Shown piece by piece: positions 32,846 through 41,256 of a stretch of 41,256 nt of DNA (position 1 is the stretch's first letter; each line of letters starts with the position of its first letter). Under the pieces are notes generated by a model, which was not told where the DNA came from, ran no database searches, and was given only the letters and a program-made list of their open reading frames with translations. The stretch is from Polynucleobacter meluiroseus (lineage in GTDB: Bacteria > Pseudomonadota > Gammaproteobacteria > Burkholderiales > Burkholderiaceae). The DNA lies in NCBI GenBank assembly GCA_945864455.1, contig CAMBBT010000001.1, positions 1-41,256 on the forward strand. Reading direction: 5' to 3'. The translations under genes and the position numbers were made by a program.

Positions 32846-33460
32846 TTAGCCTCTTCCGCTACGGAATAGACAAGCTTTTACCTGGCCTGCCTCTAAGTAT
32901 TTTCCGCTATGCCAGTCTGGCAGTAAGGCCTCTATCTCCTCGTGAGCACGACTGGAGGGAAATTCGACATAAATGCCACCCCCACTGGAATCATCACAAA
33001 CCCGGCCAGCCTCAATCAGCGTTTGATCCAATAAGCGCTGATCCTGAAACGGAGGATCTATAAAAATTAAGCTGCTTGAGTGATTTGCCTGTTGCTTGAG
33101 ATATTCGAGACTATCTCTATGCAAAATTTCTACCTTGCCACTAATGGGTGAAGACTGTAGCGAAGCAAAATTACTCACTAAGCTTGCATGGGCTTTTTTA
33201 TCTTTTTCCAATAGCACTACCAGCTCAGCGCCGCGAGAGGCAGCCTCAAAACCCAACGTACCAGTTCCGGCAAATAGATCTAAACAATGCAGCCCTGTGA
33301 GATCCTGACCAAGCCAATTAAATAGGGTTTCTCTAATACGATCAGTAGTAGGGCGCAATCCAGGTAAATCTAAAACAGCCAATAAGCGACTTCTCCAAAC
33401 GCCACCAATAATGCGTACCTTCTTGGGAGGTTCCGTTTTAAAAGACTTGGACTTATTTAT
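32846..33460 (-). CDS. rsmD: 16S rRNA m2G966 methyltransferase (start uncertain: ATA 33460 or TTG 33481)
   Basis: RIIGG.WRSR, LRPTTDRIRETLFNWL, DLFAGTG.LGFEAASRGA, FIDPPF. Confidence 0.92.
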   Translation of the reverse strand: MNKSKSFKTEPPKKVRIIGGVWRSRLLAVLDLPGLRPTTDRIRETLFNWLGQDLTGLHCLDLFAGTGTLGFEAASRGAELVVLLEKDKKAHASLVSNFASLQSSPISGKVEILHRDSLEYLKQQANHSSSLIFIDPPFQDQRLLDQTLIEAGRVCDDSSGGGIYVEFPSSRAHEEIEALLPDWHSGKYLEAGQVKACLFRSGRG

Positions 33461-34790
33461 TTTTCGCCCCCAACACCACAATCTTCATACGATCCATTGC
33501 AAGGTATTTTTGGAAAGCGGCGCTCACTTGCTCCAAAGTAACTGCCTCTACTTGTTTAGTCCAAACCTCCATCGTATCAAGCGGTAAATCATTCCAAGCA
33601 ATCGATGAAACGTTATCCAATAACTTACGGTTGTTATCAATCCGCAATGGATAGCCGTTTACCAAATTGGATTTAGCGGCAAGCAACTCTGCTGGCGATG
33701 GGCCATCAGTAATAAATTTTGCAATCGTTGAACTCAATACCTCTAGCGCAATGACAGCCTGATCATTCTTAGTTTGCAGGCCAGCCCGGAAAATGCCAGT
33801 ATCTTTACCAGGAACAAGGTAACTAGAGACACTGTAGGAAAGTCCACGCTTCTCTCGCACCTCTGCCATTAAGCGGGATACAAAGCCGCCACCGCCTAAT
33901 ATGTAATTACCGACCAAAAGGGGGAAGTAATCCGGATTACTACGAGTGACCGCCGTCATACCCATCACAATATGCGCCTGCTGGGAATCAAACGGAATCT
34001 GAATTTCACGCTTTACTAAAGGCTCTACTGAGGATCGTTGCAACTCTGGCAGCTTAGCAATAGGATTGCCAGACTGCGGAATCTTTTGCAGTAGAGTCTG
34101 CATGATTTCATTAGCGTGAGTACGATCAACATCACCCACAATGCTCACGATCATGCGATCACTGCGATAAAACTGCTGATGAAATTGCGTTAAATCCTTT
34201 ACGCTGACTCCAGCCACTGATTTAACAGTTGGGCTATTTCCGAGAGGGTAATTACCATAGATAGATTTTGTAAAACGACGCTCTAGTACAAACTCTGGTT
34301 TTGTTTCAGCTTCTAGCAAATTAGTCATCGTCCTTTGCTTTTCCCGCTCAACTATTTTTGTTTCGTAAGTAGGTGAACTTAACATTGCTGCCGCTAATTT
34401 CACTGCTCGATCTCGTAAATCTTTCCTGCTTAAGCTACGGATGCGTAAAATGGCACGTTCGCCACCAGCAGATAGGCTGATATTGGCACCTAAATCTGCG
34501 ATCTCATCTGCAATCTGAGCCTCATTCAGAATGCCTTGATCACCCTTCACCCCATAATTCATGAGGCTTGCTGCCATATCGGCTAAGCCGCTCTTGCCAG
34601 AGGGATCAAAGCGATCGCCAGCGTCAATACTGACTTCAATATCAACCATAGGCAGCGTTTTAGTTTGAATTAAATATCCCTTGCTACCTTTGAAGCTATC
34701 CAGTTTCTCAATCGGCAAAATGGCATGAGCGGTAGCAAAGTAGCCAAATGTCAGCAAGCAAACCAAAATACTTTTTTTGAGAGTATTCAT
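33453..34790 (-). CDS. M16B family peptidase, non-catalytic subunit
   Basis: Signal peptide; HxxEH absent (GLADMAASLM at the equivalent position); GGGGFVSRL..EVREKRGLSY. Confidence 0.88.
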   Translation of the reverse strand: MNTLKKSILVCLLTFGYFATAHAILPIEKLDSFKGSKGYLIQTKTLPMVDIEVSIDAGDRFDPSGKSGLADMAASLMNYGVKGDQGILNEAQIADEIADLGANISLSAGGERAILRIRSLSRKDLRDRAVKLAAAMLSSPTYETKIVEREKQRTMTNLLEAETKPEFVLERRFTKSIYGNYPLGNSPTVKSVAGVSVKDLTQFHQQFYRSDRMIVSIVGDVDRTHANEIMQTLLQKIPQSGNPIAKLPELQRSSVEPLVKREIQIPFDSQQAHIVMGMTAVTRSNPDYFPLLVGNYILGGGGFVSRLMAEVREKRGLSYSVSSYLVPGKDTGIFRAGLQTKNDQAVIALEVLSSTIAKFITDGPSPAELLAAKSNLVNGYPLRIDNNRKLLDNVSSIAWNDLPLDTMEVWTKQVEAVTLEQVSAAFQKYLAMDRMKIVVLGAKNK

Positions 34791-36157
34791 TATTTGCCCT
34801 CCTTGCTAGCTTCAGATTTTCGGCCCTGAGGATCAAGCACGGCAATCGTGAGACCCTCATCTATCAAATATTTCTTAGCAACCGCTTGCAACTGCTCAGG
34901 AGTAATGGTCTGCATTTTTTCTAGCATGTAGTCGATATCCTTCCAGGAAAATCCAGCCATCTCGGTAGTACCAATTTCCATTGCTTGGCCGAAAATAGAA
35001 TCGCGTTTATATATTTGTTCGGAAAGAATGCGAACCTTGATACGCTTGAGCTCAGACTCTAATATTCCTTTTTGCTTTAACTCATCCAAGGCCTTACGAA
35101 TACTTGCCTGAGCTTGAGCAACCGTCTTGCCCTTCGCCATCGAAACACTAATCAAAAATAATTCTGGTCCACGAGAAATCATGTCGTATCCAACACCAGC
35201 ATCGTTCACTACTTTTTCTTGTTTCACTAGCGTTCTATTGAGACGGGCGTTGTCATAACCATCTAGCACAGCAGTCAGAAGTTCTAGAGCATAAGGCTCA
35301 GGATCATCAAGCTTGCCAGGCTCTAAGCGCGGGACTTTCCAAGCCATAGCTAATCGGGCGCTATCAGCTGCAGCTTTCACCAGTACCTGCTTCATCCCTT
35401 TTTGGGATGGCTCAATTTGCGGCTTGCGTTCTGGCAACTCTTTCCTCGCAATTACGCCGTAATACTTTTCGACCGCCTTCAGAATTTGCTTGGGGTCAAC
35501 ATCACCACTAATGACTACAGTTGCATTATTTGGTGCATACCAGTTGCGATACCAGTCACGTGCATCGGCGGCCTTCATATTTTGCAAATCATTCATCCAG
35601 CCAACTATCGGATGACGATAAGGTGAACTCATATAAGCAGTCGCCATGAGTGATTCATTTAATAGGCTACTGGGATTATCTTCAGTACGCAAGCGGCGCT
35701 CTTCCATTACCACCTGAATCTCTTTTAAGAATTCTGCATCGTCAAAATTAAGATTCGACATCCGATCTGCTTCAAGCCTAATCACTTCATCAAGCTTAGA
35801 TTTTTCAACTTGCTGAAAGTAGGCAGTGTAATCACGGGAAGTAAATGCATTCTCGCGCCCACCAACGGCGGCGACTAATCGTGAGAACTCTCCAGACTTC
35901 ACTTTATGTGTCCCCTTAAACATCATGTGCTCGAGAACGTGAGCAACGCCAGTGCGACCATTGACTTCATCCATCGAGCCTGCGCGATACCAAACCATGT
36001 GGGCAACAGTAGGCGCGCGATGATCCTCGCGCACAATCAGCTTTAAGCCATTACTGAGCATGAATTCGTGAGTATCCGCAGAATTGCTAGTGGCAGCCCA
36101 AGACAATGGGGTACAGAGCAAGAATAAAAAGCAAATTCGGAGTAAATTGGAACGCAT
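34790..36157 (-). CDS. M16B family zinc peptidase, catalytic subunit
   Basis: Signal peptide; GVAHVLEHMMFKGT inverted zinc motif, NAFTS.DYT.Y, VMEERR. Confidence 0.93.
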   Translation of the reverse strand: MRSNLLRICFLFLLCTPLSWAATSNSADTHEFMLSNGLKLIVREDHRAPTVAHMVWYRAGSMDEVNGRTGVAHVLEHMMFKGTHKVKSGEFSRLVAAVGGRENAFTSRDYTAYFQQVEKSKLDEVIRLEADRMSNLNFDDAEFLKEIQVVMEERRLRTEDNPSSLLNESLMATAYMSSPYRHPIVGWMNDLQNMKAADARDWYRNWYAPNNATVVISGDVDPKQILKAVEKYYGVIARKELPERKPQIEPSQKGMKQVLVKAAADSARLAMAWKVPRLEPGKLDDPEPYALELLTAVLDGYDNARLNRTLVKQEKVVNDAGVGYDMISRGPELFLISVSMAKGKTVAQAQASIRKALDELKQKGILESELKRIKVRILSEQIYKRDSIFGQAMEIGTTEMAGFSWKDIDYMLEKMQTITPEQLQAVAKKYLIDEGLTIAVLDPQGRKSEASKEGK

Positions 36158-36220
36158 ATACTAAATCACCATATCCCAAAAATTAAATTGATAAGATGCA
36201 ACATTTAAATTGTATCGATT

Positions 36221-37111
36221 ATGTTCGGCTTACGTGAAACCCTCGGATCCCTTTTTAAATCAAGCAAAACAGATGAGGCTTGGTTTAATACTTTGGAAGA
36301 GTCACTGATTCAAAGTGATGTGGGTCTACCTACGACTGAACAATTGATTCTTAAGCTTCGTAAGGCGGCTAAATCTGAAAAAGCCTCCAGCCCAGAGGAA
36401 CTTCAAGCGCTTCTGATTGAAGAAGTGAGTACTCTTTTGCAGGCCTTAGAACCCTCACCGAATCCACTGTTTGATGCTAGTAAATCCAGTACCCCAGAAG
36501 TATGGTTGGTAGTAGGGGTAAATGGAGCCGGCAAGACAACCACGATTGGTAAGCTTTGCAGGCTCTTTCAGTCTCAAGGTAAATCTGTCCTCTTAGCTGC
36601 AGGAGATACTTTTAGGGCTGCTGCACGAAATCAATTGCAAGAATGGGGTGGCCGAAATCAAGTAGAGGTGATTAGCCAAGAAGGTGGTGATGCTGCTGCG
36701 GTTGCTCATGATGCTATCCATTCAGCGATCTCGCGCAAAAGCGATATCTTGATTATTGATACTGCCGGTCGCCTCGCCACCCAAGACCATCTCATGGAAG
36801 AACTCAAGAAGGTGAAACGCGTCATCGGCAAAGTATTGCCTGGGGCACCTCACCACACTCTACTAGTACTTGACGGTAATACTGGTCAAAATGGTTTAAG
36901 CCAAGTGAAGGCCTTTCATGCGGCCTTGGGCCTGACTGGAATCATCGTTACCAAGCTCGATGGCACTGCTAAGGGCGGCGTTATCTGCGCCCTGGCACAC
37001 ACCCTCCAAGATGGGCCAAAACCAGCCATATTGGCCCTGGGTAAAGGTGAGGGCATTGATGATTTAGCCCGATTCACAGCTAGGCAATATTCATCAGAAT
37101 TATTCAATTAA
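36221..37111 (+). CDS. ftsY: Signal recognition particle receptor FtsY (NG domain only)
   Basis: GVNGAGKTTTIGKL, DTFRAAA, DTAGR, TKLDGTAKGG. Confidence 0.96.
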   Translation: MFGLRETLGSLFKSSKTDEAWFNTLEESLIQSDVGLPTTEQLILKLRKAAKSEKASSPEELQALLIEEVSTLLQALEPSPNPLFDASKSSTPEVWLVVGVNGAGKTTTIGKLCRLFQSQGKSVLLAAGDTFRAAARNQLQEWGGRNQVEVISQEGGDAAAVAHDAIHSAISRKSDILIIDTAGRLATQDHLMEELKKVKRVIGKVLPGAPHHTLLVLDGNTGQNGLSQVKAFHAALGLTGIIVTKLDGTAKGGVICALAHTLQDGPKPAILALGKGEGIDDLARFTARQYSSELFN

Positions 37112-37123
37112 ATCAATTACTTA
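37111..37123 (+). promoter_or_regulatory. Possible IHF site upstream of rpoH
   Basis: AATCAATTACTTA fits WATCAANNNNTTR and has an AT-rich upstream flank. Confidence 0.35.
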
Positions 37124-37139
37124 TAGACTTTATCAAGCC

Positions 37140-37166
37140 TTAGCACTCTATTGACAGGAGTGCTAA
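37140..37166. promoter_or_regulatory. CIRCE element (HrcA operator) upstream of rpoH
   Basis: TTAGCACTC-TATTGACAG-GAGTGCTAA: perfect TTAGCACTC-N9-GAGTGCTAA consensus. Confidence 0.93.
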
Positions 37167-37201
37167 AATAGACTTCTATTAACGCCTCATATTGATAAAA
37201 C

Positions 37202-38131
37202 ATGCTGCAACAGAAATCTAACAATTCGAATATGCAAAGACTGCCTATTGCGCGGGCTGCTTCTGCGTCTGCATTTCCGATGCTGCCATCCCTGGGGGTT
37301 GGCACTCTTGACTCCTATATTGCGTACGTGAATCGTGTACCGATGCTTAGTGCCGCAGAAGAGTTGCATCTTGCGCAAGAATTTCGTTGCACTGAAAATG
37401 TTGATGCTGCTAAAACTCTAGTTCTCTCGCATTTACGCCTCGTTGTTTCTGTGGCTCGCCAATATCTTGGCTACGGCATTCCACATGCTGACTTAATTCA
37501 AGAAGGCAATATCGGTCTGATGAAAGCCGTCAAACGCTATGACCCAAACAATGGTGCACGTTTAGTGTCTTACGCAATTCATTGGATCAAAGCAGAGATT
37601 CATGAGTACATTCTTAAGAATTGGCGCTTAGTCAAAATGGCGACTACTAAGGCACAACGTAAGTTGTTCTTCAACCTACGCAGTAATAAACCTACTTTAA
37701 GCGCCCTCACTCCCAGTGAAATTAATGCTTTAGCTAAAGCGCTTGACGTCAAAGGTTCTGACGTTAAAGAAATGGAAATGCGGCTTGCTGGTGGTGATAT
37801 TGCTCTTGAAGGTGATGACACTAATGAAGATGCAGCCTATGCACCGATTCAATGGCTTGCTGATAATAGCCAAGAGCCCACAGAGCGCATTGCTAGCAAT
37901 GAGGCTGATGTGCTGCAAGGCCCCAAGTTAAATCAAGCTTTGATGGCCTTAGATGAGCGTAGCCGTAACATTGTTCAGTCACGCTGGCTAGCAATGGATG
38001 CTGATGGTAAGGGTACAAAAACCTTGCATGACCTCGCAGATGAATACGGTATCTCGGCTGAACGCGTCCGTCAAATTGAGACAGCAGCTCTCAAGAAGAT
38101 GCGCGGTGTGCTGCAAACTGAAGCAGCTTAA
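37202..38131 (+). CDS. rpoH: RNA polymerase sigma-32 factor
   Basis: DLIQEGNIGLMKAV, RpoH box QRKLFFNLR, SAERVRQIE; alternative start at ATG 37232 possible. Confidence 0.97.
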   Translation: MLQQKSNNSNMQRLPIARAASASAFPMLPSLGVGTLDSYIAYVNRVPMLSAAEELHLAQEFRCTENVDAAKTLVLSHLRLVVSVARQYLGYGIPHADLIQEGNIGLMKAVKRYDPNNGARLVSYAIHWIKAEIHEYILKNWRLVKMATTKAQRKLFFNLRSNKPTLSALTPSEINALAKALDVKGSDVKEMEMRLAGGDIALEGDDTNEDAAYAPIQWLADNSQEPTERIASNEADVLQGPKLNQALMALDERSRNIVQSRWLAMDADGKGTKTLHDLADEYGISAERVRQIETAALKKMRGVLQTEAA

Positions 38132-38167
38132 GTCACTTAAGTAACTCCAACCCTCAGAAGTACTCTC

Positions 38168-38758
38168 TTACTTTAAGAGCTCTTTCAAGTCATGCGCCAA
38201 GGTCTCAGGGCCTTGAGCATGCTTGATATATAAACGCAATCGACCATCTGGATCAAATGCATAGCTGCCTGCTGTGTGATCCATCGTATAAGAACCAGAG
38301 CTGACACCTGGGACCTTCTTGTAATAAATCTTGAAGTCTTTGGCGACCTTTTCTAAAGCAGCATCATCTGCAGGGCGAAGCCCTAGGAAGCGCGGATCAA
38401 ATGCGGGAACATACTGCTTCAAAAGCGCAGCAGTATCTCGCTGGGGATCGACAGTCACAAAAAGTACTTGTACCTTATCTGATTGAGGCCCCAAGATAGT
38501 CATCACTTGCTGCATCTCAGTCAAAGTGGTTGGACAAACATCAGGGCACTGTGTATAGCCAAAGAACACCACCACCACTTTGCCCTTAAAGTCTGCCAGC
38601 GTTCTCACCTTACCATCTGGATCTACCAAACTAAAGTCTTTACCAAAGGCTGTACCGCCAGTGATATCAATATTCTTGAATTCTGGCTTTGGACTGCAAG
38701 CCGTCAAAATCAACACTAAAGTAGTAATACAACAGGTACGTAAAAAGGAGGTATTCAT
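38168..38758 (-). CDS. SCO family copper chaperone lipoprotein
   Basis: Lipobox LTAC, FGYTQCPDVCP, DHTA. Confidence 0.94.
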   Translation of the reverse strand: MNTSFLRTCCITTLVLILTACSPKPEFKNIDITGGTAFGKDFSLVDPDGKVRTLADFKGKVVVVFFGYTQCPDVCPTTLTEMQQVMTILGPQSDKVQVLFVTVDPQRDTAALLKQYVPAFDPRFLGLRPADDAALEKVAKDFKIYYKKVPGVSSGSYTMDHTAGSYAFDPDGRLRLYIKHAQGPETLAHDLKELLK

Positions 38759-38759
38759 C

Positions 38760-39653
38760 TTAGAGGAAGTAGTGATCTACGATTAGCGCTGCAAACAGCA
38801 AAGACAAATAGGTAATTGAAAAGCGGAAAGTTTTTTTAGCTAAGGCATCGCTATACGAAATAAATAAAGCGATAGCATAGGCTAAAAATATTAAACCAAG
38901 AATAGTGGCAGAGACTAGATACACCATGCCACTCATACCGTAGATATAAGGTAGTAGAGTCGCTGCAATTAATATCAGGGTATACAAAAGAATGTTGAGT
39001 ATCGTAAAGCGCTCACCATGCGTTACTGGCAGCATCGGCAAGCCCGACTGCACATAGTCCTCACGACGATACAAGGCTAAGGCCCAAAAGTGAGGGGGCG
39101 TCCATACAAAAATAATCAATACCAAAAGCCAGGCTTCAGCAGGCACTGTATTGGTTACAGCTGCCCACCCAAGTGCTGGAGGCATTGCTCCAGAGAGACC
39201 ACCGATCACAATATTCTGGGGTGTAGCTGGCTTTAGCAGCCAGGTATAAATTACTGCATACCCCACAAAAGTCGCTAAAGTCAGCCACATTGTTAAAGGG
39301 TTACAAAAGATCCACAAAATAATCATGCCGAGTGAACCCAGAATGATTGAGAAAACAATAATCTGAAATGGGGTCACCTGACCAGTTGCTGATGGACGCC
39401 AAGAGGTACGTCTCATCTTTGCATCCACTGCTTGCTCAATTAAACAGTTCACAGCAAACGCTGCGCCTGCTAATAACCAAATGCCAACAAATCCACCAAA
39501 TAGAACGGGATAAGGAACCATCCCTGGGGTAGCCAAGAACATGCCAATCAGAGCACAAAAGACGGCGAGCTGAGTCACCTTGGGTTTTGTTAAAACCCAG
39601 TATTGGCGCCAACGAGGCATTGCCACAGGCGTAAATGTTTGAGGTGCACTCAT
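38760..39653 (-). CDS. cyoE: Heme o synthase (protoheme IX farnesyltransferase)
   Basis: [39 protein letters not shown]; start placed at ATG 39653 (4-bp overlap with ctaA). Confidence 0.95.
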   Translation of the reverse strand: MSAPQTFTPVAMPRWRQYWVLTKPKVTQLAVFCALIGMFLATPGMVPYPVLFGGFVGIWLLAGAAFAVNCLIEQAVDAKMRRTSWRPSATGQVTPFQIIVFSIILGSLGMIILWIFCNPLTMWLTLATFVGYAVIYTWLLKPATPQNIVIGGLSGAMPPALGWAAVTNTVPAEAWLLVLIIFVWTPPHFWALALYRREDYVQSGLPMLPVTHGERFTILNILLYTLILIAATLLPYIYGMSGMVYLVSATILGLIFLAYAIALFISYSDALAKKTFRFSITYLSLLFAALIVDHYFL

Positions 39654-40774
39654 AACTTTGCCATCTTTTTTTGAACAGGACTGCGCCAAGATGCCCAATA
39701 AATCATTCTGACTAAACAGAATACTAGAGCTGCTGAGCCAGCGGTATGCAATAAAGCCGCTAACAATGGCCACTGAAATACGACATTTGATATTCCGGTA
39801 ATGACTTGGAGTAAGAGTATCACTAGTAAAAGTTTTGCATAGCGACCAGGCCCAGATAAGACTGGGGTTGTCAATTGCAAAGCCTTCCAGCTCAATGCGC
39901 CTAAGACTATCAAAACTGCAAGTGCAAATAGACGATGTGCCCAATGAATCGTTTGTAGTGCTGTTGGGGAAATAAATTCACCTTGAGCATTGAGGCCCAA
40001 TTGACGCCAAAGCGTAAAGCCTTCGGCCCAACTGGTTTCTGGCCACATACTTCCTAAGCAAGTTGGAAAATCAGGACAAGCAAGTACGGCGTAATTCGTA
40101 CTGACCCAAGCGCCTAAAAAGATTTGGATAGTAAGTACAACAAAAGCAATGAGTAGCAGTTTGGCCGGCAAAGGACGGATCCGAAGAGTATGAATGGATG
40201 AACGCTGCTCCCAAGCCTGTTGTGCGTATACAGTTAAGCAGGCTAATAAAAACAAAGCGAGCATTAAATGAATCGTCACAATGATGGGCTGTAATTTCAG
40301 AGTTACCGTCCAAGCACCGAATGCTCCCTGAATACATACCAGTATGAGCAAGCCTAAGCTATAAAACAAAGGGGATTTTCCTAAAGACTTCAGCTTGCTG
40401 AAAGCCACGCCTACTTGCACCAAAATTAAGGCGCCCACTGTCATTGCGAGATAACGATGAATCATTTCTATCCAAGCCTTGATCACCGTCACAGGTCCAC
40501 TAGGCATGGCAGCTTCAGCTTGCGCAATTTCTCCAAGAGCTTGAAAAGGATTAGAGGCTCCGTAGCATCCAGGCCAATCAGGACAACCTAGACCTGAGTC
40601 AGACAGGCGGGTAAAAGCGCCAAACACAATCAGATCGAAAGTCATAAAGACCAATACCCAATTAAGTTTTTGGAAAAAGCTATACCCTGGTCTTGTCCAA
40701 AGATAAGCCAATGGCAGGCCAGCAAAAACAAATGCGATGGCGGCTAACTCCAAGAACAAAATAAAAGTGGGCAT
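39650..40774 (-). CDS. ctaA: Heme A synthase (COX15/CtaA)
   Basis: [37 protein letters not shown]. Confidence 0.93.
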   Translation of the reverse strand: MPTFILFLELAAIAFVFAGLPLAYLWTRPGYSFFQKLNWVLVFMTFDLIVFGAFTRLSDSGLGCPDWPGCYGASNPFQALGEIAQAEAAMPSGPVTVIKAWIEMIHRYLAMTVGALILVQVGVAFSKLKSLGKSPLFYSLGLLILVCIQGAFGAWTVTLKLQPIIVTIHLMLALFLLACLTVYAQQAWEQRSSIHTLRIRPLPAKLLLIAFVVLTIQIFLGAWVSTNYAVLACPDFPTCLGSMWPETSWAEGFTLWRQLGLNAQGEFISPTALQTIHWAHRLFALAVLIVLGALSWKALQLTTPVLSGPGRYAKLLLVILLLQVITGISNVVFQWPLLAALLHTAGSAALVFCLVRMIYWASWRSPVQKKMAKL

Positions 40775-41256
40775 TACAGTTTCTCGCCCTTGTGATTTAA
40801 CTTCAAGAGTTTTTCTAAATCTTTTTTGATGAAAGCAAATTCCTTTGGAGAATTAGTGACTGGGAAATACATCATCTTTGCTGGACTTGGGTCAATCAGC
40901 TGAATTTGTTGACCAGCACCCTCTTTATTAAACCAAGCTTCAAACTCAGCTCTCAATTTAAGGTCTCTTGGTAGGGCAACAATCTTGAACCCGGCAACTT
41001 GCTCGTCATAAGCCTTTGCCACTTCGGGGTCAACAGGCTTGCCATCGGTATTGATCCACAGCAACTGAACGCGCTTGTTTTCTCTGCCCATGGCAACCTT
41101 CAATTGGCGCATCAGAAAAAAAGCTTCAATACATTTTTCATCTTTGATTTGGCATTCGCCTGCAGGCCGCGCAATTAATAAAGTCCATTTGCCTTGTACT
41201 GGAACATCTAGCCATGCGGAATTAAATTCTTGAGCCGGGTAAACCAAAGCTCCAAA
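40774..41256 (-). CDS. Conserved cox-cluster thioredoxin-like/SCO-like protein (5' end off the window)
   Basis: Frame open to the window edge (FGALVYP...); GKW.LL, C-x5-C, MRQL...MGRE..RV, LIDP...MM.FP, KKDLEKLLK; TAATG-coupled to ctaA. Confidence 0.7.
   Translation of the reverse strand, partial: FGALVYPAQEFNSAWLDVPVQGKWTLLIARPAGECQIKDEKCIEAFFLMRQLKVAMGRENKRVQLLWINTDGKPVDPEVAKAYDEQVAGFKIVALPRDLKLRAEFEAWFNKEGAGQQIQLIDPSPAKMMYFPVTNSPKEFAFIKKDLEKLLKLNHKGEKL

Overview
Core-genome segment of a streamlined betaproteobacterium. Gene content, gene order, very short spacers and moderate GC (by eye) point to Burkholderiaceae, most like Polynucleobacter; this is an inference. The window has about 38 housekeeping CDSs and one tRNA-Gln(TTG): a ubiquinone cluster (large FAD/Fe-S oxidoreductase, DUF971, ubiE, Tim44-like, ubiJ, ubiB, DUF502), ilvA-5'-nucleotidase-queF, ssb/MFS/uvrA, a CPA2 antiporter, kdsD-kdsC-lptCAB-hpf-ptsN-hprK-rapZ with no rpoN, mutY-mutM, TPR-LolB-ispE-tRNA-prs-rplY-pth, an M16 pair-rsmD-coaD-ferredoxin, ftsY, rpoH, and the end of a cytochrome c oxidase assembly cluster. 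I saw no mobile element, CRISPR array, prophage or defence island. The most interesting signals sit inside the housekeeping layout: (1) a cysteine-free TPR-LolB fusion that cannot be lipid-anchored; (2) a candidate leaderless 21-aa Cys-Cys leader peptide with an anti-SD pairing upstream of hpf, where rpoN normally lies; (3) a recurring -10-box/6-nt/ATG pattern suggesting many leaderless mRNAs; (4) a perfect CIRCE operator at rpoH; (5) a probable non-AUG start for rsmD. All regulatory calls are by-eye predictions and are untested.
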